From: Scyliorhinus canicula
Taxonomy: Eukaryota
Reading direction: 5' to 3'
Length of the DNA: 64,000 nucleotides
NCBI RefSeq assembly: GCF_902713615.1
Contig: NC_052160.1
Coordinates: 24,639,856 to 24,703,855 of the forward strand
Made by a program: the position numbers and the translations under genes. The notes under the pieces were generated by a model. It did not search any database and was not told where the DNA came from. It worked only from the letters and a program-made list of their open reading frames with translations. The stretch's first letter is position 1. Each line of letters opens with the position of its first letter. Positions 37,742-50,184 of this stretch are shown here, piece by piece.

Positions 37742-40644
37742 GTTTGCCCAACTCCTACCAGCAATACTACTTGATGAACTTCTGCCCACTTTTCATTCGC
37801 CTGCATATGTAAAGGTCTCCATTTTCTCATCAAGACATCACTTTTACGGTAATAATACTCTGGTATACACTCAGATTCCTCTTCCGTATATGCTTTCTGA
37901 TACATCTGTTTTATTTCTATATCTTTCTGTTTTAACTCCACCAATTTTCCTGAACTAAAAATATCTGCCTCATCCTCCACCTGTTCTTGTTCTTTTTCAA
38001 CCATCTGATCAAAAAGTGTTTCTGATAATTGCACTTCAACGTCATCTTCACTCTTTTTGATTTCTCCTCGTCTTAACCTGTGACTTTGCAACCTTGTTAC
38101 TACACCATCCGGAAAAACCCCAGGATATTCGTCCTTCAACACTTCAGTTATCTGATTTTCCACTGGCTTATCAACCAGAGTAGGCATCACTCCCACCTGC
38201 GATCCAGCTGTATCATGACCCAAGATAAACTGTATTCCTGGACAAGAGTTTCTCTATTACTCCTACTACCACATCACCACTCTTCACTGAACTTTCCAAC
38301 TTTACCTTGTATAATGGAACACTACTCCTCTCACCCTGAATTCCACATATTACCACCTTTTCTGGCAATATTCTTCCCAGACTACATAACTCCTCATCTT
38401 TTACCATTAAAGATTGACTAGCTCCCGTATCTCTTAAAATTGTGACATCTTTACCTACTCCTCCTGATACACGAGTAAACTTTACCCACACAAGTAAATT
38501 CTTTAAAGAGATCTGGCACCTTCTTATCAATCACCTCTTGCTAAGGTTGTACAATCTTTTGCACCTCCTTCGCTTCACTTGGGCTTTCCTTTACTACTTT
38601 AACAAACCCCACTGTCTTATCCTGTTTTACCACATCAGCCTTCCCAGTGCTTCAACCACCAACACTGTGACTTTACATCGCCTAGTTTATTACAGTGAAA
38701 ACATTTGAAACTTTGTCTTTTCCACCCTCCTGGATTTCTTTTTTAATCTGAGGTACACTCCTTATTATCTCCCATCAGCTCACCTTTACCTTTACCACTT
38801 GTATTTCTCACATCCCCAGTTTCTATCCCTCACAGGCTGAAACTGATGTCGGAAACCAAGCTTTGATTTATGAACTAATTCATAATCATCTGCCATTACT
38901 GCTAATCTCGCAGTTTTAACCCTCTGTTCTTCCACATGAGCTCTCACTACATCAGGAATTCAACTTTTAAACTCCTTCCAAAAGTATAGTTTCTCTGAGA
39001 GCTTCATACGTTTGATCTATTTTCAAAGCCCTTGTCCACCTATCAAAATTACTCTGATCCTTTCAAACTCCATGTATGTTTGACCAAATTCTTTCCTTAA
39101 ATTTCTAAACCTTCATCTGTAAGCTTCAGGCACTAGTTCATATGCACCTAAGATGGATTTTTTTCACCTCCTCATATATGTCTCGGATACCTCCTCCGGT
39201 AGTGATGCAAACACTTCACTAGCCCTACCTGCCAGCTTTGTTTGAATCTGTAATACCCACATGTCTTGTGACCATTTCATTTGTTTAACCACCTTCTCAG
39301 ATGAAATGAAAAAGGCTTCTACCTCCTTCTCGTCAAACCTTGGCAATGCTTGGACATATTTAAATAGATTCCCACCAAGCCTTCAACTTTGACGCTCTTT
39401 CTCACTATCCTCATCACCATCATCCAACTGTACGTCTCCCTTTACATCTGCCCATTTTAATTGACTGTCATGTTTCATGGCCATTTTCTGAAGTTCAAAC
39501 TCTCTCTCTATCTTTTTCCTTGATCTGTGAGTCCCTTTCTCTTTCTTTTTGTTCTGCTCGGGCTAGTCTTTCTGTTTTCCTTTCTTCTCTCTTTTTCCTC
39601 TCTCGCTCTTTCATATTCAAGCTGCTTTAATTCTTATGTTCCATTTGTTTAATTTGTAACTGAATTTTTACCATTTCCAATGAGTCAAACTGTATCTCAG
39701 GTAACTTTAAATGCTTGGCTACCGCCATAATTACCTCATCTTTTCACATTTTGTCAGGTAAATTTGCCAAATCTAACAGTCTGCTTTTAGTCTCTGTCCG
39801 TAAGGTACTGTGTGTGACCGTCTCCACCCCCAAAAACTACAGAACCTTTTAAGAGCCATTGTCTACAACACACTCCCTACTTAAACTGAAACTGCACACT
39901 TGATAAGCACCCACAATATGCTCACCCCTCACGGTCTTTAAGTTCACAAAACCAATCCAACAGATAGACCTTTATCCCCCTCGAGTCCCCAATTGTTATG
40001 GGCAAGGGTTCAGAGAACCACAAAGTGTATCATGGAGTTCATCTGACCCACAACTTTTACTAGATTGTGGTACGGGGAGCACACAGCCCACTCGACAGGT
40101 GTGATATAGCAGAAATGGAAAAGTATTTTTTAAAAGCAAAACAATATTTATTCTATGAACTCAAGTTAACCTTTGTAAGACCATTTTTGCTGAACTGTTC
40201 ATTCTAGAAAAGCATTTGGAGGGTTTGGATAGAGATTTGAAATTGGCAGGAGGGTAATCTTCCAAGTTGAGGCAGTGTAAGAAGTGCAGGCAATTGTGCT
40301 GATTCTTGCACAAGTTTTGATACCTTCACCCTCACCAACAGGATCATCGTGGCGATGGTGGTCTGTTAAGGAATTCTTCCTTCAAGTATTCACAGTTGCC
40401 TGGGTGAGAGGACATGCTGCAAATCCAGACATAACCATTTTTATTTTTGCAGAGTAGACTTGAAAGGTTGAATAATTCACTCCTGCTCCTAAGTCGTATG
40501 TTCCAGTACTTGGCATGTGACAAACTACCTGTTTGTTCCAGTGGCATGGCTATTGCTTTTCAATATGATTGATATTGTTTCTTAAAGGTACTCTCACTAC
40601 AGATATTTATATAAACACCCATTTCTTAAAGGTACTCGCATGAC
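37742..40644 (-). mobile_element. Gypsy (Gmr1-like) LTR retrotransposon 5' remnant: LTR ~39994-40644 (interrupted), PBS ~39974-39991, gag, protease, start of integrase region
   Basis: PRFDEKEVEAFF..EK gag, ILRDTGASQSL protease, LMRKWRP..HQVVL; TG..CA LTR ends; PBS tggggactcg resembles tRNA-Pro. Confidence 0.8.
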
Positions 40645-41928
40645 ACTATTCATGCCTGTGTCATTCGATATAATGGTAATCTTGGGTCCAGTTGAAATCT
40701 AATAAAGTAACTTTACTGGGTCAATTTTTGTTGTTATGTAAAGGTATCAAAGGGAATGGAGTTGGAATACAGACCAATCATAATATGTAATTAGGCTGGG
40801 AGTGAGGCGGGGGGAAGGTTGAATGGTCTCCTTCTGTTTGTCCATCTCTGCATTCACAATTGTCTTTAATTATATTTCATTTTAGAGTTCGGGTGTTCTC
40901 CGAGACATTGTCATCAATGCCAGCCCTTCTGAGGTGCCACTGTCTCTGTTAGTCCTGCATGGTTTGCTGTGTGAACAATACAAGGTGCTATCCACCGTGC
41001 ACGTACACTCCTCAGCGCAAAATGTTCCCTCCAAACTCTGGAACTGTCTAGGTGAAGGAAACCATTGCCATTCACGAAGGGAATCTCAACTTGGCTTTAC
41101 TCTTGTCTGGAAGGATGGTAAGTAAAAAATATTAGGGCGTATTTAAAACTTTCCTGAAAACAAACTTTATTGTTGGAGTTTGCAGGTGAGTAATTTTGTA
41201 AACCAAGTCAAGCTCTGCATTATGTACAGTAGAATTGAGACATTGCTGTAAAGATAATTAAACTGGGGACAATTTTGTTAGTTTTAGTAATGTAATCAGG
41301 AAGCATTCGTTAAAATAAGATTGTGCTTAGCTATTTAAAAGTAAATCTATAAATCTGTATTTGCAATTTTATACTGAAGCAAGCAGGCTGTTTTATAAAT
41401 AGTTCAAAGGACAGAATATTGGCCTGGTATATTACACACAAGTGGGTGCAATAGCTAGTGACACTAACAAATGTGGAATAATCCAGTGAGCAGAGTCCAG
41501 AGTAAAATCTTGACATTTGGCAGATGTGCCATTTTTGCTGAATTGTTCATTCTAGAAAAGCATCTGGAGGGTTTGGATAGAGATTTGAAATTGGCAGGAG
41601 GGTAATCTTCCAAGTTGAGGCAGTGTATGAAGTGCAGGCAATTGTGCTGATTCTGGCACAAGCTTTGATAATACCCTCACCCTCATCATCGTGGCGATGG
41701 TGGTTAGTTAAGGAATTTTCCCTTCCAAGTATTCTCAAATCTGAGCCCCAGATGTCTGGGTGAGAGAGGACATGCTGCTAATTCAGACATAACCATTTTT
41801 ATTTTTGCAGAGTAGACTTGAAGGGCTGAATAATTCACTCAAGTCTTATGTTCCAGTACTTGACATGTGATGCACTACCAGTTTGTTCCAGTGGCATGGC
41901 TATTGCTTCTCAATATATGATTGATATT
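40181..41928 (+). repeat. direct local duplication of ~400 bp (40181-40576 and 41529-41928) flanking AIMP2 exon 3
   Basis: Both copies start ccatttttgctgaa and end tgattgatatt; roughly 85-90% identical by eye, with small indels. Confidence 0.9.
40886..41117 (+). CDS. AIMP2: AIMP2 exon 3 (GST-like N domain)
   Basis: [25 protein letters not shown]...[10 protein letters not shown]; 232 nt. Confidence 0.96.
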
Positions 41929-42082
41929 ATAATGGGCCTTCATGATGACACTTATCAGAGCAGCTGTTTGTTCACTAGTTGTTCATTGATCTGGGTCTGA
42001 GGACTGCCAAGCACTGATCCTGTCTGTCATGTGCTGGGAGGGTTAGCTGTCAGAACAGCCATTAGTGAACTGTAGAAATTCT

Positions 42083-42306
42083 ACGGTGGCTCAGTGGGTT
42101 AGCCCTGTTGCCTCACGGCGCTGAGGTCCCAGGTTCGATCCCGGCTCTGGGTCACTGTCCGTGTGGAGTTTGCACATTCTCCCCGTGTTTGCGTGGGTTT
42201 CGCCCCCACAACCCAAAGATGTGCAGGGTAGGTGAATTGGCCACTCTAAATTGCCCCTTAATTGGAAAAAATGAATTGAGTACACTAAATTTATATTTAA
42301 AAAAAA
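42083..42306 (+). mobile_element. tRNA SINE, poly(A)-tail type
   Basis: TSD aact(g/a)tagaaattct at 42068-42082 and 42307-42321. Confidence 0.9.
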
Positions 42307-42393
42307 AACTATAGAAATTCTGAATGTGCAAGTTTTGAAGTTTGCCTGTGTGTTTGTTAGACCTTTCATGTACAAACTCTTTTTTTTTGGCAG

Positions 42394-42776
42394 TGCACAA
42401 ACCTCAGATGAAGTTCAGCATCCAAAGCATGTGTTCCATCGAAGGTGAGGGAAATGTTGCCCGCTTCCTTTTTGCCCTACTTGGCCGTAGATATGATGCA
42501 GTGACCTCAACACGGATCGACAACTGGGTGGATGTTGCCATCTTCCAGCTAAAAAAGGGCAGCAGCAAGGAGAAGGCAGCTGTGCTGCGTTCCTTGAACT
42601 CCGCACTCTGCAAGAACCCCTGGGTTGTGGGAGTTGATCTGACACTGGCTGATGTTGTGCTATACTGTGCCTTGAGGCAGGCGGAGATTGATGGTTTTCC
42701 AGCCAATGTCCAGAGATGGGTTAAATCCTGTGAGAATCTAGCATGCTTTAATCTAGCACTAAAGCTGCTGAAGTAA
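42394..42776 (+). CDS. AIMP2: AIMP2 exon 4 (GST-like C domain, stop)
   Basis: [24 protein letters not shown]...[15 protein letters not shown]; total CDS 924 nt. Confidence 0.97.
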
Positions 42777-42872
42777 ATCATTTATCATTGAAATTGTATT
42801 TTTAGCCCATTGCAGCTAATACATGTGCATTTAAATCTCAACTGCATATGAGAGTACCTATTTAAAGCATTT

Positions 42873-42878
42873 AATAAA
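42873..42878 (+). terminator. AIMP2 polyadenylation signal
   Basis: AATAAA ~100 nt after the stop, followed by a T-rich tract. Confidence 0.7.
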
Positions 42879-42944
42879 TATCTTTTTAAAGGTATTTTTT
42901 TTTTTTTTTACTGAAAAGCATCTTTTTTGATTGAAGTTGCACAT

Positions 42945-42950
42945 TTTATT
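42945..42950 (-). terminator. candidate EIF2AK1 polyadenylation signal
   Basis: AATAAA on the minus strand ~1.6 kb past the EIF2AK1 stop, next to the AIMP2 3' end. Confidence 0.45.
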
Positions 42951-43674
42951 TCATCCGAATTTAACAGTTATTTCTGCCTCTGCAATAACAGCCAGACGTG
43001 CCACATTTCAGGCACATAGATGGGCCAGTTTACTGAACTGACTTCATGTGTAGGTTCAGTGATCTGAAATGCTGAGTGGTTTTGTCATTCTGTCAAACAG
43101 AAATTGTTGGGGAAACTAGCTACTTCGAGACGCTTCATAAAATCACATTAAAAAATTGATTTTCTCCTCTCTGAAAATTCCACTTTTTCTTTCACACCCA
43201 ACCCTCAGAAACTGTTACATCTCAAATGCAACCACATTTAAATAAAACTGACTGCCCTGTCAAACAGTACAAGGATTAAAATAAAACCAACTTGCACTTT
43301 GGAGGAAATCGAGGTTATTACTGAACTTGAGGACAATCGTTTCTCGACACCGTAGGTGATTCTTGTAGTATGGACTGTAATCAAGGAGTAGTGTTTCCTG
43401 CAATACAATTCTATGGTAAAATAACCAAACACTGAATTGGTAACTGAAACAGCTTGATCCCATCTGTGCAGTCAAAGGGCAACAGTTAAAGGTTTATATG
43501 AATTGCTAAGCTGTCTGGAAGTATTTTAATATATTTTGCATCGGGTAAGATAGCATTTAGTGAAACCAGTAGTCACAGTACATGTAATGCAAACTTGAGC
43601 TACAGCTTTAGTTACAGAGGAGTAAATTAGTGATCAGATTAGTGAAAATGGCATTTACACCTTTTGTCTACTTT

Positions 43675-43896
43675 TAAAAAAAAATTTAGATTACCCAATT
43701 ATTTTTTCCAATTAAGGGGCAATTTAGTGTGGCCAATCCACCTACTCTGCACATTTTTGTGTTGTGGGGGCGAAACCCATGCAGACACGGGGAGAATGTG
43801 CAAACTCCACACGGACAGTGACCCAGAGCCGGGATCGAACCTGGGACCTCGGCGCCGTGAGGCGGTTGTGCTAACCACTAGGCCACCATGCTGCCC
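43675..43896 (-). mobile_element. tRNA SINE, poly(A)-tail type, in the likely EIF2AK1 3' UTR
   Basis: 16-bp TSD accttttgtctacttt at 43659-43674 and 43897-43912. Confidence 0.9.
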
Positions 43897-44566
43897 ACCT
43901 TTTGTCTACTTTAACATTATTCATCCTCAGAAGATGGGCATCAGATTTATTGTTCATCTTCACTTGCCCTTGAAGGTAAACATGAGCTAACCTCTTGAAC
44001 CATTAGTAAGTTTGGTGAAGCTATGTACTTCCTTGCTGCCCTACAGATTCTTAAAATGGACTTGCAAAGTGCAGTTATGTGGAAAACACAGCTACTCTAG
44101 TCTTTGGTGTGGTCAAGAAGAAATATCCAAGACACAACTACCTGCTATTTATAAAATGAGAAAGGCTTTCATTTATATGGTGCATTAGGATGTCAAGCAC
44201 TTGTTTGAATAAGCTGTTTTTTGTTACTGACGTTGTCTGAGGGATAGATCTTGTTCAGGACACCAAGGAAAACTCCCTTACGTGATTAGGGTCAAGTAAT
44301 CTTTTATGCCCATCTGAGAACCAAAAAGTCTATTTAACAACACACCCTGAGTGGGGCTTGCACCTACAATCTTCTGACCTGAAGTGAGTCCCACCCACTG
44401 AGCCACAGCTAACAAAGCCTTGATAACCACTCCATAATTTAATGTTTGATCTTTCTCACCTTATAACTCATTAAATTAAACTTAACACACACATACATAC
44501 ATGAAACATTCAAAATGAGTGGGTGGAAAAGATGGAGAAAATTTCTTCCGGATATCATTAAGATCT

Positions 44567-44719
44567 CTAACTAGGTTCCCCCTCTCCAGACAGTAACTTG
44601 ATCTTTTCTTTGAGGTTTTTGATTTCATCTTCTTGTTTGATCACTTTCCATTGTAGGATCTTAATTTCTTGCTCCTGGGTCACTAGTCTCTGCTCGAGAT
44701 TGTCTTGAGGTGTAGTCAC
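44567..44719 (-). CDS. EIF2AK1: EIF2AK1 (HRI) last exon, C-terminal coiled coil
   Basis: VTTPQDNLEQRLVTQEQEIKILQWKVIKQEDEIKNLKEKIKLLSGEGEPS*; acceptor atgtag|; phase 0. Confidence 0.88.
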   Translation of the reverse strand: MTTPQDNLEQRLVTQEQEIKILQWKVIKQEDEIKNLKEKIKLLSGEGEPS

Positions 44720-44924
44720 CTACATGTGAAATACCAGCCATTATCGGGGAAGAGATAAAGAAAATCAGTGAAGCATTAGATAAGACAGCACAAGGAGGTT
44801 ATCAAACCCATCAGCTCTTTGCATAAACGATCCAAAACTAATCTATATTTCCCCTCGATTCTCATTGAAGGCCAAAGTTTGATCTAAATAAATCATGTGA
44901 AACTACATAGCCCTGTCGCCAAAG

Positions 44925-45330
44925 ATGTACATTTTTATAGTGTCTTTGTGACCTCCGGACATCCCATAGTGCGTTACAGCTACTTCGTTACTTTAAGTTT
45001 AGTCACTGTTATAATGTAGGAAATGCAATAATTAATTTGCACACAGCAAGATCCCACAAGTAAATGAATGATCATTAATATGTTTTTAAGATGTTGGTTG
45101 TGGGATAAATGTTGACCAGAACACCAAGGAAAATTTTCCTATTCTTCCAATAGTGGCTGAAAAATCTATTACATCTACTTAAGGGCAGTTTAAAATTTCA
45201 TTCAAAAAAAGGCATATCTGACAATGTAGTACTCTCCCAGCGCTGCACTGGGAGTGTTGTGCTGGAGTAGAGCTTGACCCCACAACCTTATTACAAAGAG
45301 ATGGAGCTATCCACTAAACCCAAGCTGATT
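44925..45330 (-). mobile_element. ancient Deu-domain-like SINE
   Basis: Reverse match to the 60395-60720 family; boundaries approximate. Confidence 0.6.
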
Positions 45331-45580
45331 AAATGCAATATGTGAAATTGAATTGCTCCGATGAGAAACTGGATAATGCTCACTTCTCCAGATCAACTCA
45401 TGGGCGTGCTAATAAAACTGCATTCTTAGAAATCACCTTTTTGTAAATCTCTTTCCCTCATTTGTCAATGGTTCTTACGGAGAAAAGCAAGAATGCTGAC
45501 ATGAAGTTTATTTGTGTTGGATAAGTTTCTAATCTTGCTGTCTAAAACCAACTTCAAAGAACTAAGCTTTTCACCCCTAC

Positions 45581-45814
45581 CTCAGGTGAATTATGGAAGA
45601 GTTCACTGGCCAACATCTCATCTGCACTCGGTCTGCAGGCAGCAATTCCACTGGTTAGTCTCTTAACATATTTAGCATGTACAGGCCACCGTTGTGTAAA
45701 GTCTCCTGGAATGTGGCATTCTCGAAGCGCAGTGAGCGTCTTTATCTTTTCCATCACTGTTCTAAATGGCTGGAAGAGCTCCAGTAAGATGATACCGACA
45801 CTGTACATATCTGA
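45581..45814 (-). CDS. EIF2AK1: EIF2AK1 exon, kinase subdomains IX-XI
   Basis: SDMYSVGIILLELFQPFRTVME...RPSADEMLASELF; 234 nt. Confidence 0.96.
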
Positions 45815-46789
45815 CTAAAAGTGAAGATTGAAGCAAAGACATTACAGCATGAAGCATCCACACTAAACAGTCCTTTCTGGAGTTCACCCTCCACATGAGC
45901 AAATTACATCACTCACTTCCAGTATCCTTAATCTTTTTTCCTATGAATGCCTATTGAATCGCATCAAGAATGTTTCAACCACAGAGCTTAGTGTCCAGGC
46001 AACTGAAGGCACGGCTGAGAAACCTCTGATGCTGTCATGGGGAATCCCTTGTGCCAAGTGCATCAGGAAAACAGGGCTATCATTGCAGAAAATCAATAAA
46101 ACATTTTTTTAAATCACTGCAGAAAACATTCTTATACACCAAGGGGACAATCTTCAGATACAGGTCTAAAGCTCATCAAAACACTGTTGTCTGTGTCCTA
46201 AGTCATATCAAGTCCTGTTCACCCACTGATTTAGACTAATTTATGGTCCGGCCATGCCTGGATTTAAAAATTATTACTATTGTTTTTAAATCCCTTGATA
46301 ATCTCCAGCCCTACAACGCTTGAGATATTTGCATCGCTCTAATTCTGGCCTCTTGAGCATCCCCAATTATCGTTGCTCCAGCATTGGTGGCCTTATCTTC
46401 AGTTGCCTGGATCATAAGTTCTGGAATTCCCTTTCTAAACCTTGTGTTTACCCTTTCCCAGCTCCTTTAAAATGCTTCTTAAAACCTACTCTTTTGACCA
46501 AGCTTTTGGTGACCTGTCACTATTTTGTTTGATAATGCTCTTGTGATACACCTTGGGGATGCCTCACTACATTTAGGTGCTACATAAGTACTCATTGCTG
46601 TTGCAGGTTTGATGACCGTGAACACCACAGACTAATACAAAGTATTAGAAGCTCCAGGATGGATAGTTGTAAAGTATGGGGTGAAGATGTAACACACACA
46701 TTCTCTCAATTTTACAAGAGCCTTATATTAATAGAGTCATTTCTACAGGTATAAGAAATGATTAAACCATTTTATGCCTCTATTTCCTG

Positions 46790-47072
46790 TGTATCATAGG
46801 CTGTACAGAAGGGGGCAATTCGGCCAATCGAGTCTTGGAAAGAGCACCCTACTTAAGTCCATCCCAGTAACCCCACCTAACTGTTGGACACTAAGGGGTA
46901 ATTTAGCATAGCCAATACGCCTAACCTGCACATCTTTGGACTGTGGAAGGAAACTTGAGCACCCGGAGGAAACGCATGCCTGACACGCGGAGAAAGTGCA
47001 AACTCCACACAGACAGTCACCCGAATTGAACCTGGGATGCTGGAGGCAGCAGTGCTAACCACTGTCCCGCCC
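46790..47072 (-). mobile_element. HE1-like SINE, diverged
   Basis: Core cctaacctgcacatctttggactgtgg and tRNA head. Confidence 0.8.
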
Positions 47073-47690
47073 TATAAATAAAATCTTATTTCCAGTTGTC
47101 CAAATTTGTTACACTTTTCAGATATTAAATTATAAATTAATATTTCCATGTGTATAATCGTACCGGCTTCTGTCACACTGAAATTATCCTTTTCAACCAA
47201 AGGTGGTGCTGTTATTTTACATCTCACAAGCTCCTCCGCCTCCACTGCAGATACTCCCCTACAATCCCCCACATTTTGTTTTTTACATATAATGTAAAAA
47301 TCAATATTTTATATAGAGATTAGGATAGGTTGTATATATACTATATTATGTCTGATCGCCCTACTTCAATTATCCTGCGGCCTCGAACACTTTCACAGAA
47401 GATGGCACTTGATATCCTGCGCGCAACACCACAGGAAATCAAATAATACAATGAAAAAACAAACGACCCAATATAATAAATCAGACTTGATAATCTAACA
47501 AAGGAAAATTTGTGGCTTCTTCTATTCAACTGATGAATGATCCATCTACTTGCCTTGATTCTGTAATCTTTAATACCTCACATAATCCCAACTGACCCCA
47601 GTCTCAAGAGGTTTTTTTTTAGGGAGGCAGAGGAAGAGTTCCAGACTCCCAATAATTTAATAAGTGATTAGATATTTTTACTTGTAACCC

Positions 47691-49005
47691 TTTTTTTTTT
47701 AAATAAACAATTTAATTGAGGTAGTTTTTGGCTTTATAAACAGTTACAGACATCATCAGAAAGAAAGCAAAAAAGGCAAAAGTGTGCAAACATCCACGTA
47801 CTATCAATACTTCCATCGTAACATATTGCACAAGCCCGCTCCCCTCCCACCGGTACTACCCGCCATATTTTCCCTCCTACTCTACTCTACCCCCCCACCC
47901 CCCTGCTGACGCTCACTCTCCCGCAAAGAAGTCAATAAATGGTTGCCACCTCCGGGTGAACCCCTGCACAGATCCCCTCAAGGCGAACTTAATTTTTTCC
48001 ATCCCCAGGAAACTCGACATGTCCGCAAGCCACCACTCAGTCTTCGGGGGCTTTGAGTCCCTCCTCGCCAATAATATTCGTCGCCGGGCTATCAGGGAAG
48101 CAAAGGCCAACACATCGGCCTCTTTCTCCCCCTGGACGCCCGGGTCTTCCGAAACCCCAAGAATTGCCACCCTGGACTCATCACCACTCTTGTTTTTAGC
48201 ACCTGGGACATGACCCCCGCAAATCCCTCCCAGTACCCCCTCAGCTTAGGGCATGCCCAAAACATGTGAACATGGTTCGCTGGTCCTCCCGCGCACCTAG
48301 CGCATTTGTTCTCTATCCCGAAAAATTTGCTCATCCGAGCCACCGTCATGTGGGCCCGGTGAACGACCTTAAATTGGATCAGCCCGAGCCTAGCACATGT
48401 CGTTGTCGAATTTACCCTACTCAGGGCCTCTGCCCACAGCCCATCCTCCATTTCCCCGCCTAGCTCCTCCTCCCATTTAAGTTTCAGTTCCTCTGTCTGG
48501 GACCCTTCCTCCCTCATGAACACCTTATATATACCCGAGACTCTGCCCTCCCCTTCTTCCCTCCTAGAGACTATTCTGTCGAGGATCCCCATTGGCGGGA
48601 GGCACGGGAAAGACGGGACCTGTCTACGAACAAAGTCCCGCAACTGTAGGTATCTAAAATCATTTCCCCTTACCAACCCAAAGTTCTCCTCCAAGCTCCT
48701 CAAACTCGCGAAGCTCCCTTCCAGGAACATATCACCCACCCTTCCCGCCCCTGCTCGCCGCCATACTCGGAACCCCCCATCCATACTGCCGGGGGCAAAC
48801 CGATGGTTGTCGCAGATTGCCGCCCAGACAGACGCCCCCATCTCCCCCACATGCCTCCTCCACTGGCCCCATATCCGCAGGGTCGCCACCACTACCGGGC
48901 TGGTGGTGTACTTGGCCGGCGGCAGCGGTAGAGGAGCCGTGACCAGGGCTTCCAAGCTGGAGCCCCTGCACGAAGCCGCCTCCACCCGCTCCCAAATAGA
49001 CCCCG
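47691..49005 (-). mobile_element. 5'-truncated L1 (related subfamily)
   Basis: ORF2 C-terminus NHVHMFWACP, EKIKFALRGS; poly(A); TSD tacttgtaaccc(tttt) at 47679 and 49006; TTTT/AA endonuclease site. Confidence 0.92.
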
Positions 49006-49132
49006 TACTTGTAACCCTTTTAATTACATCCTGAATTGTTTTTAATCAGCTGTAAATATCAATTAATTAACAAGGTCTGGAGAATACACATTTAGAAAAT
49101 GGAAATTTAACATTTTTAAGAGATACCGGTAC

Positions 49133-49212
49133 CTTGAAATCATAGGTAGAGCCTCTCAGTTGTTCAGGGGAAGCATATAGACAAGTTCCCACTCCTGTGG
49201 TATGCTTTGAAT
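49133..49212 (-). CDS. EIF2AK1: EIF2AK1 exon, activation loop / subdomain VIII
   Basis: DSKHTTGVGTCLYASPEQLRGSTYDFK; 80 nt. Confidence 0.96.
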
Positions 49213-49659
49213 CTGGGAGTAAACAGAAAATAAGAAAAGTCAATAATGCCCTCGTGTACAAGAAAACTCAACAGAAATGAAGGTCAGTTTATCACTCATC
49301 ACATAGCTTCACAAACTAGATAATTACTATCGCCATCCATCTTATTTTTGTATTTCCTCAATTTTTCTGATGGTTCCATTGTCAAAAGTGTGCTTGGCTT
49401 AGAAATGTAAGAAAGTGCACAGTGGCAGCCCAGATTAACACTCAGGGCTATTTCATTCGCACACATCTGAACGGCAGTGATGAAACAGGTTAAAATTATA
49501 ATTCAAAATGCAAGATGCTTTTCCTCAATCAGCTAACCCATTTTCCTTCATCTATAATTAAGTTGGTAGCACTCTTGCTGCAGTTACAGGTTCAAGCCAC
49601 ACTCCAGCGATTTGAGCACAAACTTTCGGCTAATATTTCACTGAAGTGCTAACAGAATG

Positions 49660-49880
49660 CCAGTTTAGCTCAGCTGGTTCGTGATGCAGAGCGAGGCCAG
49701 CAGCCCGGGTTCAATTAACATACCAGGTGAGGTTATTCACGAAGGCCCTGCCTTTTCAACCTTTCCCCTCACCCGAGATGTGGTGACCCTCAGGTTAAAT
49801 CACTACCAGTCACCTCTGCCTCTCAACGTGGAAAGCAGCCTATGGTCATCTGGGACAATGGCGACTTTACCTTTTACCTA
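49660..49880 (+). mobile_element. tRNA-derived SINE of a different family
   Basis: tagctcagctgg A box, gggttcaat B box; body unlike the HE1 copies. Confidence 0.6.
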
Positions 49881-49957
49881 ATAAAATGCTGCACTGTTGG
49901 TGTGCTACACTGTCAGTAGTGCCATCTTTCAGATGTGATGCTAAATTGAGCTACGGA

Positions 49958-50184
49958 GGGGCGGCACATGGCACAGTGGTTAGCACTGGGACTATGGCAC
50001 TGAGGACTCGGGTTCGAATTCCAGCCCTGGGTCACTGTCTGTGTGGAGTTTGCATATTTTTCCAGTGCCTGCGTGAGTTTCACACCCACAACCCAAAGAT
50101 GTGCATGTTAGGTGGATTGGCTACGCTAAATTGCCCCTTAATTGGAAAAAAAAATAATTGGGTACTCTAAATTTAAAAACAAAA
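49958..50184 (+). mobile_element. tRNA SINE, poly(A)-tail type
   Basis: TSD aaattgag(c/g)tacg. Confidence 0.88.
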
